Below, piece after piece: positions 29,876 through 44,131 of a DNA stretch of 64,000 bases; positions within the stretch are counted from its first letter, which is position 1, and every line of letters starts with the position of its first letter. The notes under the pieces are model-generated. The model saw only the letters and a list, made by a program, of their open reading frames with translations. It ran no database searches and had not been told where the DNA came from. The stretch lies in the NCBI RefSeq assembly GCF_009914755.1, contig NC_060940.1; one strand, 5' to 3'. The stretch is from the human T2T-CHM13v2.0 reference genome, Homo sapiens. The translations under genes were made by a program, and so were the position numbers.

Positions 29876-30306
29876 GCACTGCAGCGCCAACGTCCGAGCG
29901 GGCGGCCGAGCTCCCGGAGCGGCCTGGCCCCGAGCCCCGAGCGGGCGTCGCTCAGCAGCAGGTCGCGGCCGCAGCCCCATCCAGCCCCGCGCCCGCCATG
30001 CCGTCCGCCGGCCCCGCCTGAGCCGCGGCCTCCGCGCGCGGGCGGGCCTGGGGACGGCGGGGCCATGCGCGCGCTGCCCTAACGATGCCGCCCGCCGCGC
30101 CCGCCCGCCTGGCGCTGGCCCTGGGCCTGGGCCTGTGGCTCGGGGCGCTGGCGGGGGGCCCCGGGCGCGGCTGCGGGCCTTGCGAGCCCCCCTGCCTCTG
30201 CGGCCTAGCGCCCGGCGCCGCCTGCCGCGTCAACTGCTCGGGCCGCGGGCCGCGGGCTGCGGACGCTCGGTCCCGCGCTGCGCATCCCCGCGGACGCCAC
30301 AGCGCT
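29876..30306 (+). pseudogene. PKD1P3: PKD1P exon 1 (ATG 30085; signal peptide; 7-bp frameshifting duplication ~30244-30257)
   Basis: MPPAAPARLALALGLGLWLGALAGGPGRGCGPCEPPCLC...; 222 coding nt vs 215 in PKD1; gtgagt donor. Confidence 0.92.
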
Positions 30307-32503
30307 GTGAGTAGCGGGCCCAGCGGCACCCGGGAGAGGCCGCGGGACGGGCGGGCGTGGGCGCGTTCCCTGGCCCGGGACGGGAAGCAGGACGCGGGCC
30401 AGGACGCTCCCAGGGCGAGGCTCCGGCGCAGCACAGCGGCCCTGCTAAATAAGGAACGCCTGGAGCTGCGGTTGGCACGGCCCCGGGGAGCCGAAAAACC
30501 CCGGGTCTGGAGACAGACGTCCCACCCGGGGGCTGTGCAGACGCCAGCGGGGGCGGGGCGCGGAGGCCGCGCTCAGCTGGGAGGACAAACAGTCGCTAAT
30601 TGGAGAGGAATTGGGATGCGGCCTGGGGCTGCGGGGTACCCGGAGAGGTGGGGATGGCTGTAGGGGGCTGCAGGGAAGAGTTCCAGGAGGTGTCTGGACA
30701 AGGATTTGATGGATGTGCAAGAATTGGGCTGATGCTTAGGAAGGGGCGATGAGGTGGGTCCAGAAGAAGGGGGGTGAACGGTGTGAGCAAAGACCGTGAG
30801 GCTGGAGGCTGGCCACGGGAGGTGTGAGGGGTAGGGGCAGGGTGGGAGGTGGGCTCGCGGGTGGGCTGGGGTCATGAAGGGCCTCAGGCGCTCTGCTATT
30901 GGGTTCCAAGGCTATCCTGAGAACAGGGGTGAGGGCGGATTGCCGTGGGGGGTTAAAGCCTTGTCATGTTCGCTTTCGGGAGATAAAAACAACAGGTGGC
31001 CTTTATGGAGACGCTGCCCAGAGCCAGGTCTGTGCCAGGCTCCTGTTGGGGGTCGTCATGCGGAATCCTGACTCTGACCATCCGAGGCATAGGGACCGTG
31101 GAGATTTGCATTTCACAGATGAGGAAACAGGTTTGGAGAGGTGACACGACCTGTCCCAGGCATCACAGCCAGGACAGGACCTGTCCCAGGCATCACAGCC
31201 GGGATGTGCATAGCAGGGGTTTGGAACTATGAGGTGCCCAGGACCCAGGGTTGGATTGAAAAGGGCGCAGGGGACTAAGATAAGCAGACAGTTGTCCCCA
31301 GCGCTGGGGAGAGTCTTGGGACCAGTCTGATGCCTTGTATTTCCCAGGCTCCAGGCTCCTCGCCGGGACAGTGTCTCTTTGGGTGCGTGCTGGATCCCTG
31401 GGGGACGTGGCACATCCCCAGGCTTGCTAAACATTGGGTGGGTTCTGGCATTTGGTTTTGTAACGTTTCTGGGTCACTCCCGCCTGTGGCCACCCTTCCT
31501 TAGGGGAGCCGTGTGTCCTTGGGGCTTTGCTGGGTGGTCTCGAGGGTGGGAGAAGAATGGGTTCTCCTGGACCAATGGAGCCCGTGCCCCTCGGGGCCAC
31601 ATTGCTCCTGCGCTCCCTGACTGCGGACGCGTGTGTCTCGCGGCTGTCTCTGTGGAGATGGCCTCCTCCTGCCTGGCAACAGCACCCACAGAATTGCATC
31701 AGACCTACCCCACCCGTTGTTTGTGATGCTGTAGCTGAGGGCTCCTCTGTCTGCCAGGCCGGTCACTGGGGACTCTGTCCAGGTCCTGGTGGTTCCTGCT
31801 TCCCAGCACCTGATGGTGTCCATGAGAGCAGCCCCTCGGGAGCTGTCCGGGAGAGAAGGGCGCTGGTGGCTGCTGAGCGGAGAGCAAGGCCCGTGTTCTC
31901 CAGGCCCTTGGCACAGCAGTGGAGCCCCCGCCCCTGCCTTGTGTTGTCCTCTTAGGCTCTGGTCCTGGGGTTTGGAGGAGGGGGACCCTGGGGGTTGGTG
32001 GCCTGTCCCAGCCTGAGCTGGCAAGATTCCGAATGCCAGGCCCCTCAAGTGTGCAACAGGGCACAGGGTGACCTCATGTGGGCAGGTGGGTGCTGTTCTG
32101 TACACACCTGGGGCCGCCGCTGGGAGAGTTCTGGAAGGTGGGGTGAGGGGACCCATGGGAAACTAGGGCCCTAGGAAGGATGTGAAGGCCCTGGCTGGCC
32201 CCCCAGGCCACCCTCTGTGCTGTGGGGCAGCCCAGCCATTTTGCTGTCTACCCTGCAAACTCCTCCTCGGGGAGACGGCTGGGTTTTCCCCAGGGAAGAG
32301 GGGTCAAGCTGGGAGAGGTGAAGGACACAGATCACAGCTGCTGGCAGGTGTTCAAGGGTCCAGGAGCGTTGCTGTCTGGGTGTCACCAGTAGCCTTCCTG
32401 GGGGGCTCACGCAGGTGCCTCTCCACTTGTGGCTCCCTGGCTGCTGAAGCTCAGCAGGGACAGCTGTGTCCAGTTCCAGGTGGAGGACAGCCGGGGCTTC
32501 TGA

Positions 32504-35385
<2,882 letters not shown>

Positions 35386-35938
35386 GTCTTGGAGGTCTTG
35401 TTTCTCTGGGTTTATGCCTCAAGGTGGCGCCTGCTCCCCTGTGCTCCCTGGTAGCCTGGTAGTGAGCCTGCTTCTCACACAGTCATACCTGGTTGTGGTC
35501 CCACAGTGGGACCACCCTGTTGGGTTCAGAACAGGAGATGGGGGCCCCTCGAGTCTGTGTGGGGGCTGTGGACAGGGTTGGGAGACCTTGGCTCTGTGGG
35601 GGACTGTGGACAGGGGATGGGGGGCCTTGTCCCTGCGTGGGATGGGTTGGGGGTCCGTGCCCTTCCTGGCCCTGGGTGGACAGGTCCAGGTGGCACTCGG
35701 CATAGGGCTGAGATGGGTGCAGAGGGCTGAGGCCCCCAGGCCTCTCCCGGCTTGGTTTCCCCAGATGAGTGTTCATTTGGGTCTTCCATCAGAAAGGCCC
35801 CTCCTGACCTCTGGGAGTGGGGAGCTCAAGGGTGGGAGGCCATAGCTTGGGGATGCTGGCAATGTGTGGGATGGGCCCAGGGATGGCCTCTGGCCTACTA
35901 AGGGCTCTGGCCCTGACCCACGGCCACTCACTCCTCAG

Positions 35939-36641
35939 AGACGTCTCCCACAACCTGCTCCGGGCGCTGGACGTTGGGCTCCTGGCGAACCTCTCGGCGC
36001 TGGCAGAGCTGTGAGTGTCCCCCAGTCGTGCCAGCATGCGGGGCTCACTCCGGGTGGGCTGGCGGCACCGCCTCTTGCTGCTCAGCTGTGGGGGCTTCCG
36101 TCAGCTTTGCCGAATCCCCCCTCTCTTCCAGGGATATAAGCAACAACAAGATTTCTACGTTAGAAGAAGGAATATTTGCTAATTTATTTAATTTAAGTGA
36201 AATGTAAGTTGTGGTTCTTTGGGTGGGGTCCTGGCTGGACCCCAGGCCCCCAGTATCCCTTCTGCCCTCCCAGTTGGTCCGTGTCCCCTTCCAGGCTTGA
36301 GACCAGATCCTGGGGGCAGTTCACTACCTGCTTGGAGCCCCCCAGTGCCGGCTTGGTTGGGGCAGGGGAGGCGGTGCTGTCAGGGTGGCTCCAGGGCCTG
36401 GTTGCCAGTGGGGGGCTGGCATAGACCCTTCCCACCAGACCTGGTCCCCAACACCTGCCCCTGCCCCGCAGAAACCTGAGTGGGAACCCGTTTGAGTGTG
36501 ACTGTGGCCTGGCGTGGCTGCCGCGATGGGCGGAGGAGCAGCAGGTGCGGGTGGTGCAGCCCGAGGCAGCCACGTGTGCTGGGCCTGGCTCCCTGGCTGG
36601 CCAGCCTCTGCTTGGCATCCCCTTGCTGGACAGTGGCTGTG
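35939..36641 (+). pseudogene. PKD1P3: PKD1P exons 2 (35939-36010), 3 (36132-36203), 4 (36472-36641): LRR region
   Basis: 72, 72 and 170 nt; DVSHNLLRALDVGLLANLSALAEL / DISNNKISTLEEGIFANLFNLSE / NLSGNPFECDCGLAWLPRW. Confidence 0.92.
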
Positions 36642-36853
36642 GTGAGTGCCGGTGGGTGGGGCAGCTCTGTCCTTCCCAGCCAGGTGGGACCTGGGCCCTG
36701 CAGACACTGGGCAGGGCTCAGGAAGGCCTCTCTGGGGGGGGCCTCCGGGCCAAGGGAACAGCATGGGAGCCTGTGAGTGCGGCGGGCGGATGGGGGGGTG
36801 TGGGGTGGAGCCAGGAGGAGCAGAACCCGGGGTCCAGTGGCTGCCTCTTCTAG

Positions 36854-38786
36854 GTGAGGAGTATGTCGCCTGCCTCCCTGACAACAGCTCAGGCACCGTG
36901 GCAGCAGTGTCCTTTTCAGCTGCCCACGAAGGCCTGCTTCAGCCAGAGGCCTGCAGCGCCTTCTGCTTCTCCACCGGCCAGGGCCTCGCAGCCCTCTCGG
37001 AGCAGGGCTGGTGCCTGTGTGGGGCGGCCCAGCCCTCCAGTGCCTCCTTCGCCTGCCTGTCCCTCTGCTCCGGCCCCCTGCCGCCTCCTGCCCCCACCTG
37101 TAGGAGCCCCACCCTCCTCCAGCACGTCTTCCCTGCCTCCCCAGGGGCCGCCCTGGTGGGGCCCCACGGACCCCTGGCCTCCGGCCAGCTAGCAGCCTTC
37201 CACATCGCTGCCCCGCTCCCTGTCACTGCCACATGCTGGGACTTTGGAGACGGCTCCCCCGAGGTGGATGCCGCTGGGCCGGCTGCCTCGCATCGCTATG
37301 TGCTGCCTGGGCGCTATCACGTGACGGCCGTGCTGGCCCTGGGGACCGGCTCAGCCCTGCTGGGGACAGACGTGCAGGTGGAAGCGGCACCTGCCGCCCT
37401 GGAGCTCGTGTGCCCGTCCTCGGTGCAGAGTGACGAGAGCCTCGACCTCAGCATCCAGAACCGCGGTGGTTCAGGCCTGGAGGCCGCCTACAGCATCGTG
37501 GCCCTGGGCGAGGAGCCGGCCCGAGGTGAGTGTCTGCTGCCCACTCCCCTTCCTCCCCAGGGCCATCCAGATGGGGCAGAGCCTGGTACCCCCGTCTTGG
37601 GCCCACACTGACCGTTGACACCCTCGTTCCCACCGGTCTCCAGCGGTGCACCCGCTCTGCCCCTCGGACACGGAGATCTTCTCTGGCAATGGGCACTGCT
37701 ACCGCCTGGTGGTGGAGAAGGCGGCCTGGCTGCAGGCGCAGGAGCAGTGTCGGGCCTGGGCCGGGGCCACCCTGGCAATGGTGGACAGTCCCGCCGTGCA
37801 GCGCTTCCTGGTCTCCCGGGTCACCAGGTGCCTGCCCCACCCCCCGAGGGGCCATAGGTTGGGAGATCTCTGAAGCAGTGGGGCAGAGCCTGCGGCTGGG
37901 GAGTCTCAGGAGGAGGGAGGTGGGAGCTGGGCCGGCCCTGGTGAGCAGGTGGCGCCGGCCGGTGGGGCCGTTCCTGTCAGCTCTGCAGATGCAGAGGTGG
38001 ACGCGAGCTGGGGGCAGCCTCCGGACACTCCTGGGCACGCCATACGGGAGGTGGCCTGCACGGGGATCCCTGCCGGTGCCCACAGGCCCCGTGGGTGGGT
38101 GCTGCTGTGAGCCTGGGCTGGTGGGCCCTGCTCTCCGGGCTCTGAGCCTCAGTTTCCCCATCTGGAAAGGGGGACAGTGACGGGGCTCCCAGCGGGCTGC
38201 TGTGAGGGTGGGAGGATGGAGGAGTGCCCTGAGCCCCCTGCCATCCCACACCCGCCCCCAGGAGCCTAGACATGTGGATCGGCTTCTCGACTGTGCAGGG
38301 GGTGGAGGTGGGCCCAGCGCCGCAGGGCGAGGCCTTCAGCCTGGAGAGCTGCCAGAACTGGCTGCCCGGGGAGCCACACCCAGCCACAGCTGAGCACTGC
38401 GTCCGGCTCGGGCCCACCGGGTGGTGTAACACCGACCTGTGCTCAGCGCCGCACAGCTACGTCTGCGAGCTGCGGCCTGGAGGTGTGCGGGGGGCCAGGC
38501 AGGGGCCTGAGACGCTGGCTGTGGTTAGGGGCCTGCCGAGCGCCCGCGGTGGAGCCTGGGCTGAGGAGGAGGGGCTGGTGGGGGGGTTCTCGGGCGGCTC
38601 GGTCCCCAGTCTGTTCGTCCTGGTGTCCTGGGCCCTGGCCCGGCGCCTCACTGTGCACTTGCCACCCCAGGCCCAGTGCAGGATGCCGAGAACCTCCTCG
38701 TGGGAGCGCCCAGTGGGGACCTGTAGGGACCCCTGATGCCTCTGGCACGGCAGTACGGCCTCTCAGCCCCGCACGAGCCCCTGGAG
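36854..38786 (+). pseudogene. PKD1P3: PKD1P exons 5 (36854-37525), 6 (37644-37827), 7 (38262-38482), 8 (38671-38786): WSC, PKD domain 1, C-type lectin
   Basis: 672/184/221/116 nt with canonical splice sites; exon 8 has CTG-TAG-GGA (TAG at 38724) for PKD1 L-Q-G. Confidence 0.92.
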
Positions 38787-39196
38787 GTAGTCGGCCCCCC
38801 ACGTTCTATAACCTGCCCTCCTGCCTGCCCCTGGAGGCCTCGCCTGCCCTGCCCACTGTGGGTCTCGCCAAAAAACTTGGGGGCCTTAATGTTGCTTGTG
38901 CCCAGTGAAGATGGTTGGGAAAATCCAGAGGGCAGAGAGGAAAGCGTTTACTCACATTACCCCCAGGCCTTTTCTCTGAGTGTGGGTGAGTTATTCCTGA
39001 AAGGCAGGTCAGGGGTCCTGCCCCCCATGGACAGTTTCCATCGGAGTCTTCCTCTCGAGCGACAGGAGCCAGGCCTGTGGGGGTCCGATGGCTCGCTCTC
39101 CTTCCCTCCCCTCTTCCTGGGAAGTTCGGGTGGGGGGAGTCTGGGCTTCAGGCTGGGATGGGGTCTGTGGAGCTGAGGCGGCCCCCTGCCCACCAG

Positions 39197-42100
39197 GTCA
39201 TGGTATTCCCGGGCCTGCGTCTGAGCCGTGAAGCCTTCCTCACCACGGCCGAATTTGGGACCCAGGAGCTCCGGCGGCCCGCCCAGCTGCGGCTGCAGGT
39301 GTACCGGCTCCTCAGCACAGCAGGTGGGACTCTGGGGTGGTGGGCGCCGCAGGACTCGGGGTGGCCTCTCTGAGCTCTCACGTCTGCTGGTCCTGTGGCC
39401 ATCAGAGTGGTTCCCAGTCTTAGGTGGACAGAGCAGGGGTTCCAGAGACACCAGCTCATTCCAGGTGTCCTGGGGGTGGATCGGGTGGGGCCTGCCTGGG
39501 GACCGGCCTGGGTCAGTCAGCTGGCCGGAGACAGGGACGCAGCACTGGGCTGGGAGTGCTGCCCGGGCGGGGAGACCTGTCCTCACAGCAAGGCCAGGCT
39601 CGCTGGTGCAGGCAGTTGGGCATCTCTGACGGTGGCCCATGGGCGAATCAGGGCCCCAACACCCTCCCCTCCTCGCAGGGACCCCGGAGAACGGCAGCGA
39701 GCCTGAGAGCAGGTCCCCGGACAACAGGACCCAGCTGGTCCCCGCGTGCATGCCAGGGGGACGCTGGTGCCCTGGAGCCAACATCTGCTTGCCGCTGGAC
39801 GCCTCCTGCCACCCCCAGGCCTGCGCCAATGGCTGCACGTCAGGGCCAGGGCTACTCGGGTCCCCCTATGCGCTATGGAGAGAGTTCCTCTTCTCCGTTC
39901 CCGCGGGGCCCCCCGCGCAGTACTCGGTGTGTGGCCCTGACCTGGGTCTGTTCCCTGCATCTCCTCAGGCCACCTTCCTGTCTGCTGCCCAGGGTCTGGG
40001 TCTGCGCAGCAGACACACCCAGCCTGCAGGCCCCTCCCACGTCCTTGCCACCTCTGACCTCCGACCTCCGACCTCCAACCTCCGACCTCTGCAGTGCCCT
40101 TGCCCCTCTCCCAGTGGGAGAAGCTCTCGCCTGGGCCCTTGGCACGAGCTGTGCCTCCTCTTCCTCTCTCCCAGCACAGCCGCTCCTTCCTGTCTGTCAG
40201 GTCTTGGCCTGTGTCCTCTCCCCGTGTGTCCCCCTGTCTGCAACTGTCCTGCCTGTCCTTGTCACGAGCACTGTGGGGAGGCTCCCTGAGGTGTGGCTGA
40301 CGAAGCGGGGAGCCCTGCGTGTCCACCCTCATCCGTCGTGCAGGGGTCCACGGGCCATGACCGTGAGGACGTGATGCAGCCCTGCCTCCCTCTCCACAGG
40401 TCACCCTCCACGGCCAGGATGTCCTCATGCTCCCTGGTGACCTCGTTGGCTTGCAGCACGACGCTGGCCCTGGCGCCCTCCCGCACTGCTCGCCGGCTCC
40501 CGGCCACCCTGGTCCCCAGGCCCCGTACCTCTCCGCCAACGCCTCGTCATGGCTGCCCCACTTGCCAGCCCAGCTGGAGGGCACTTGGGCCTGCCCTGCC
40601 TGTGCCCTGCGGCTGCTTGCAGCCACGGAACAGCTCACCGTGCTGCTGGGCCTGAGGCCCAACCCTGGGCTGCGGCTGCCTGGGCGCTATGAGGTCCGGG
40701 CAGAGGTGGGCAATGGCGTGTCCAGGCACAACCTGTCCTGCAGCTTTGACGTGGTCTCCCCAGTGGCTGGGCTGCGGGTCATCTACCCTGCCCCCCGCGA
40801 CGGCCGCCTCTACGTGCCCACCAACGGCTCAGCCTCGGTGCTCCAGGTGGACTCTGGTGCCAGCGCCACGGCCACGGCTTGCTGGCCTGGGGGCAGTGTC
40901 AGCGCCCGCTTTGAGAATGCCTGCCCTGCCCTGGTGGCCACCTTCGTGCCCGGCTGCCCCTGGGAGACCAATGATACCCTGTTCTCAGTGGTAGCACTGC
41001 CGTGGCTCGGTGAGGGGGAGCACGTGATGGACGTTGTGGTGGAAAACAGCGCCAGCCGGGCCAACCTCAGCCTGCGGGTGACGGCGGAGGAGCCCATCTG
41101 TGGCCTCCGCGCCACGCCCAGCCCCGAGGCCCGTGTACTGCAGGGAGTCCCAGTGGTGAGTATGGCCGAGGCTCCACCACCAGCCCCCAGGCAGGTGCCT
41201 GCAGACAGGGTGCTCACACAGGGCGTGAGGCCTGGCTTCCCAGTGAGGGCAGCAGCCCAGTTACTGGGGACGTCGGCCCCGGGCAGGTCCTGCTGGCTGG
41301 CTCCTCAGGCTACCTGGTGGGCTTTAAATTCCTGGAAAGTCACGGCTCTGACAGCGGCTCCGCTAACTCATTCCACCGTCTCATTTCACGAAATGAATTT
41401 AAAACTCCGCTCCCTGACCTCACACGAGTCCCCGTGAGTCTCTCACGCCCTCTGCTGTGTTCTCGCCTGGCTAAAGCAAGTGGCTTTTGAGGTGGAGTCC
41501 GAACCCCTGATGGGAAACTGCGGGCTGCCCGCGGTGCCACCATGCTGGGTACATGGGGGACAGGGCTGTTCCATCTTGCGGGTACCTGCCCCTTCACCAG
41601 GGGCCTTGGGAGGGGCCATGAGAAATGGCGTGACCTGTGCAGCCTGTCCTGGGTTCTGTAAGCCAGTGTAGGTGCTGTCCCTGTGAGGCCCGTGTGCCTC
41701 CCCTCACTGCTCCGAGCTCTCTGGCTGAGGAGCTGGGGCAGGAGCCCCGGGAGGGTCTGAGAAGACTCAGAGAGAGGTGGACTCTTTGTAGCTGGTACTA
41801 GGTTTGCTTTACAGATGGGGAAACTGAGGCACAGAGAGGTTGAGGCATTAGTAGTACTACATGGCTGGCTGGAGAGCCGGACAGTCAGTGTCCCAGCCCG
41901 GGCTTGGCTCTCATGGCATGCAGAGCCCCGGGCACCTCCTCTCCTCTGTGCCCCACGTGGGACTCTCCAGCCCGACGGGAGGTGTGTCCAGGAGGCGACA
42001 GGCTAAGGGCAGAGTCCTCCACAGAGCCCAGGCTGACACCAGTCCCCCCGCAGAGGTACAGCCCCGTGGTGGAGGCCGGCTCGGACATGGTCTTCTGGTG

Positions 42101-43037
42101 GACCATCAACGACAAGCAGTCCCTGACCTTCCAGAACGTGGTCTTCAATGTCATTTATCAGAGCGCGGCGGTCTTCAAGCTCTCAGTAGGTGGGCGGGAG
42201 TGGGGAGGGGAGGGGATGGGGCGGGGCGGGGGCGGGCTCCACCTTCACCTCTGCCTTCTGCTCTGCTTCATGCTGCCCGAGGACGCTGCCATGGCTGTGG
42301 TGAGTGGAGGGAGGGACGCCAAGCAGGGCAGGCCTCTCACCTGCCACCTGGGCCCACTGATGCCTGTCCCTGCAGCTGACGGCCTCCAACCACGTGAGCA
42401 ACGTCACCGTGAACTACAACATCACCGTGGAGCGGATGAACAGGATGCAGGGCCTGCAGGTCTCTACAGTGCCAGCCGTGCTGTCCCCCAATGCCACGCT
42501 GGCACTGACGGCGGGCGTGCTGGTGGACTCGGCCGTGGAGGTGGCCTTCCTGTGAGTGACTCAGGGGCCGGTTTGGGGTGGGCACCAGGCTCTTGTCCGG
42601 GCACCAGGCTCTTGTCCCGGCTCCAGCCTCAGCCGAGGGACCCCACATCAGGGGGTTGCTTTTCTGAGCCTCGGTTTCCCTGTCTGTTGGGAGGTACTGG
42701 GTGCACAGGAGCCCTGAGGCTGCACGGGAGCCGGGAGAGGCCTCAGCACAGCCGGGTGGGCCCTGAATGGAGGCCCGGGGCGTGACTGCAGAGTGGAGCC
42801 TCGGCTGGGTCCCAAGCACCCCCTGCCCCGCCACCGCGCACCTGTGCCCCGCCACTGCGCACCCCTGTCCCGGTTCACTCACTGCCTCCCACCGCCCCGG
42901 CAGGTGGACCTTTGGGGATGGGGAGCAGGCCCTCCACCAGTTCCAGCCTCCATACAACGAGTCCTTCCCGGTTCCAGACCCCTCGGTGGCCCAGGTGCTG
43001 GTGGAGCACAATGTCACCCACACCTACGCTGCCCCAG
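39197..43037 (+). pseudogene. PKD1P3: PKD1P exons 9 (39197-39323), 10 (39679-39926), 11 (40400-41155), 12 (42054-42185), 13 (42376-42551), 14 (42904-43037)
   Basis: 127/248/756/132/176/134 nt, all open in the PKD1 frame; LDL-A-like and PKD-repeat sequence. Confidence 0.92.
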
Positions 43038-43499
43038 GTGAGGGATGAGGGGGTGAGGGGGCCACTGCCTTTCAGGCTCTGAGCACGGGGCCCCCCCAGT
43101 CCCCCAGTCAAGCTGCCCCGCTTCCTCCCCAACAGCCCTCACTGTGACCTCACCTGGGCTGATGGCTTAGGCCCCTACTGGGGTGAGGGAGGGGCCAGGC
43201 GTGGGAGGAGTGGACAGGGAAGCTGGGCCCCCTGAACTGCCCCCCACCGCGGCCTGGCTCTTGCTGCTCTGCTGCCCCGAGTGCAGCTGCACTTGGAGGC
43301 GGTGCCGTCCTCACCAGGCAGCCCTCAGTGCTGCTGCACCTGTGCTCCGTCCCGCACGTGGCTTGGGAGCCTGGGACCCTTAAGGCTGGGCCGCAGGCGC
43401 AGCCGTTCACCCCGGGCTCCTCAGGCGGGGGGCTTCTGCCGAGCGGGTGGGGAGCAGGTGGGGGTGCCGCGGCTGCCCCACTTGGGCCTGTCCCCACAG

Positions 43500-43588
43500 G
43501 TGAGTACGTCCTGACCTTGCTGGCATCTAATGCCTTCGAGAACCGGACGCAGCAGGTGCCTGTGAGCGTGTGCGCCTCCCTGCCCTCT
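43500..43588 (+). pseudogene. PKD1P3: Truncated stub of PKD1P exon 15
   Basis: GEYVLTLLASNAFENRTQQVPVSVCASLPS, then PKD1 exon-15 homology ends and intron-16-like sequence follows. Confidence 0.85.
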
Positions 43589-44131
43589 GTGAGTGTGTGC
43601 GCCTCCCTGACTGGGGCCTGCTGGTACCCCAGAGTGGGTGTCTGTTCCCCAGTCCCTGCTTTCCTCAGCTGGCCTGATTGGGGGTCTGCCCAGAGGGGTC
43701 GTCTGAGGGGAGGGTGTGGGAGCAGGTTCCATCCCGGCTCAGCCTCCTGACCCAGGCCCTGGCTAAGGGCTGCAGGAGTCTGTGAGTCAGGCCTACGTGG
43801 CAACTGCGGTCCTCACACCCCCACATACGTCTGTTCCCACACGCATCCCCCCAGGGGCCCTCAGTGAGCATTGCCTGCCTCCTGTCAGGGTCCAGCTGGC
43901 TCCAGTACACCAGAACACACACCCCAGTGTCCTCTGCCCTGTGTATGCCCTTCCGCCGCCCAGGTTGGAAGGTGGCAAACCGGATGAGTATCCTGGGAGG
44001 GGGTGAGCTCACCGGCAGTGGCCAGGCCCCTGGGAAACCTGGAGTTTGGGAGCAGCATCCTCCACGGGTCCCCCAGACCTTCCAGCAGGCCAAATAGACC
44101 TGTGTTGGAGGTAACCCCACTCCCACGCCAG

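Larger units (their letters stand above)
29340..30580 (+). promoter_or_regulatory. CpG island / PKD1-derived TATA-less promoter with GC boxes
   Basis: Very high GC and CpG density; multiple GGGCGG/CCGCCC motifs; matches the recalled PKD1 promoter and 209-nt 5' UTR starting ~29876. Confidence 0.9.

Noticed and set aside
29169-30720. Many overlapping 100-250 aa ORFs on both strands
   Set aside because: Expected in a GC-rich CpG island; only the ATG at 30085 matches a known protein
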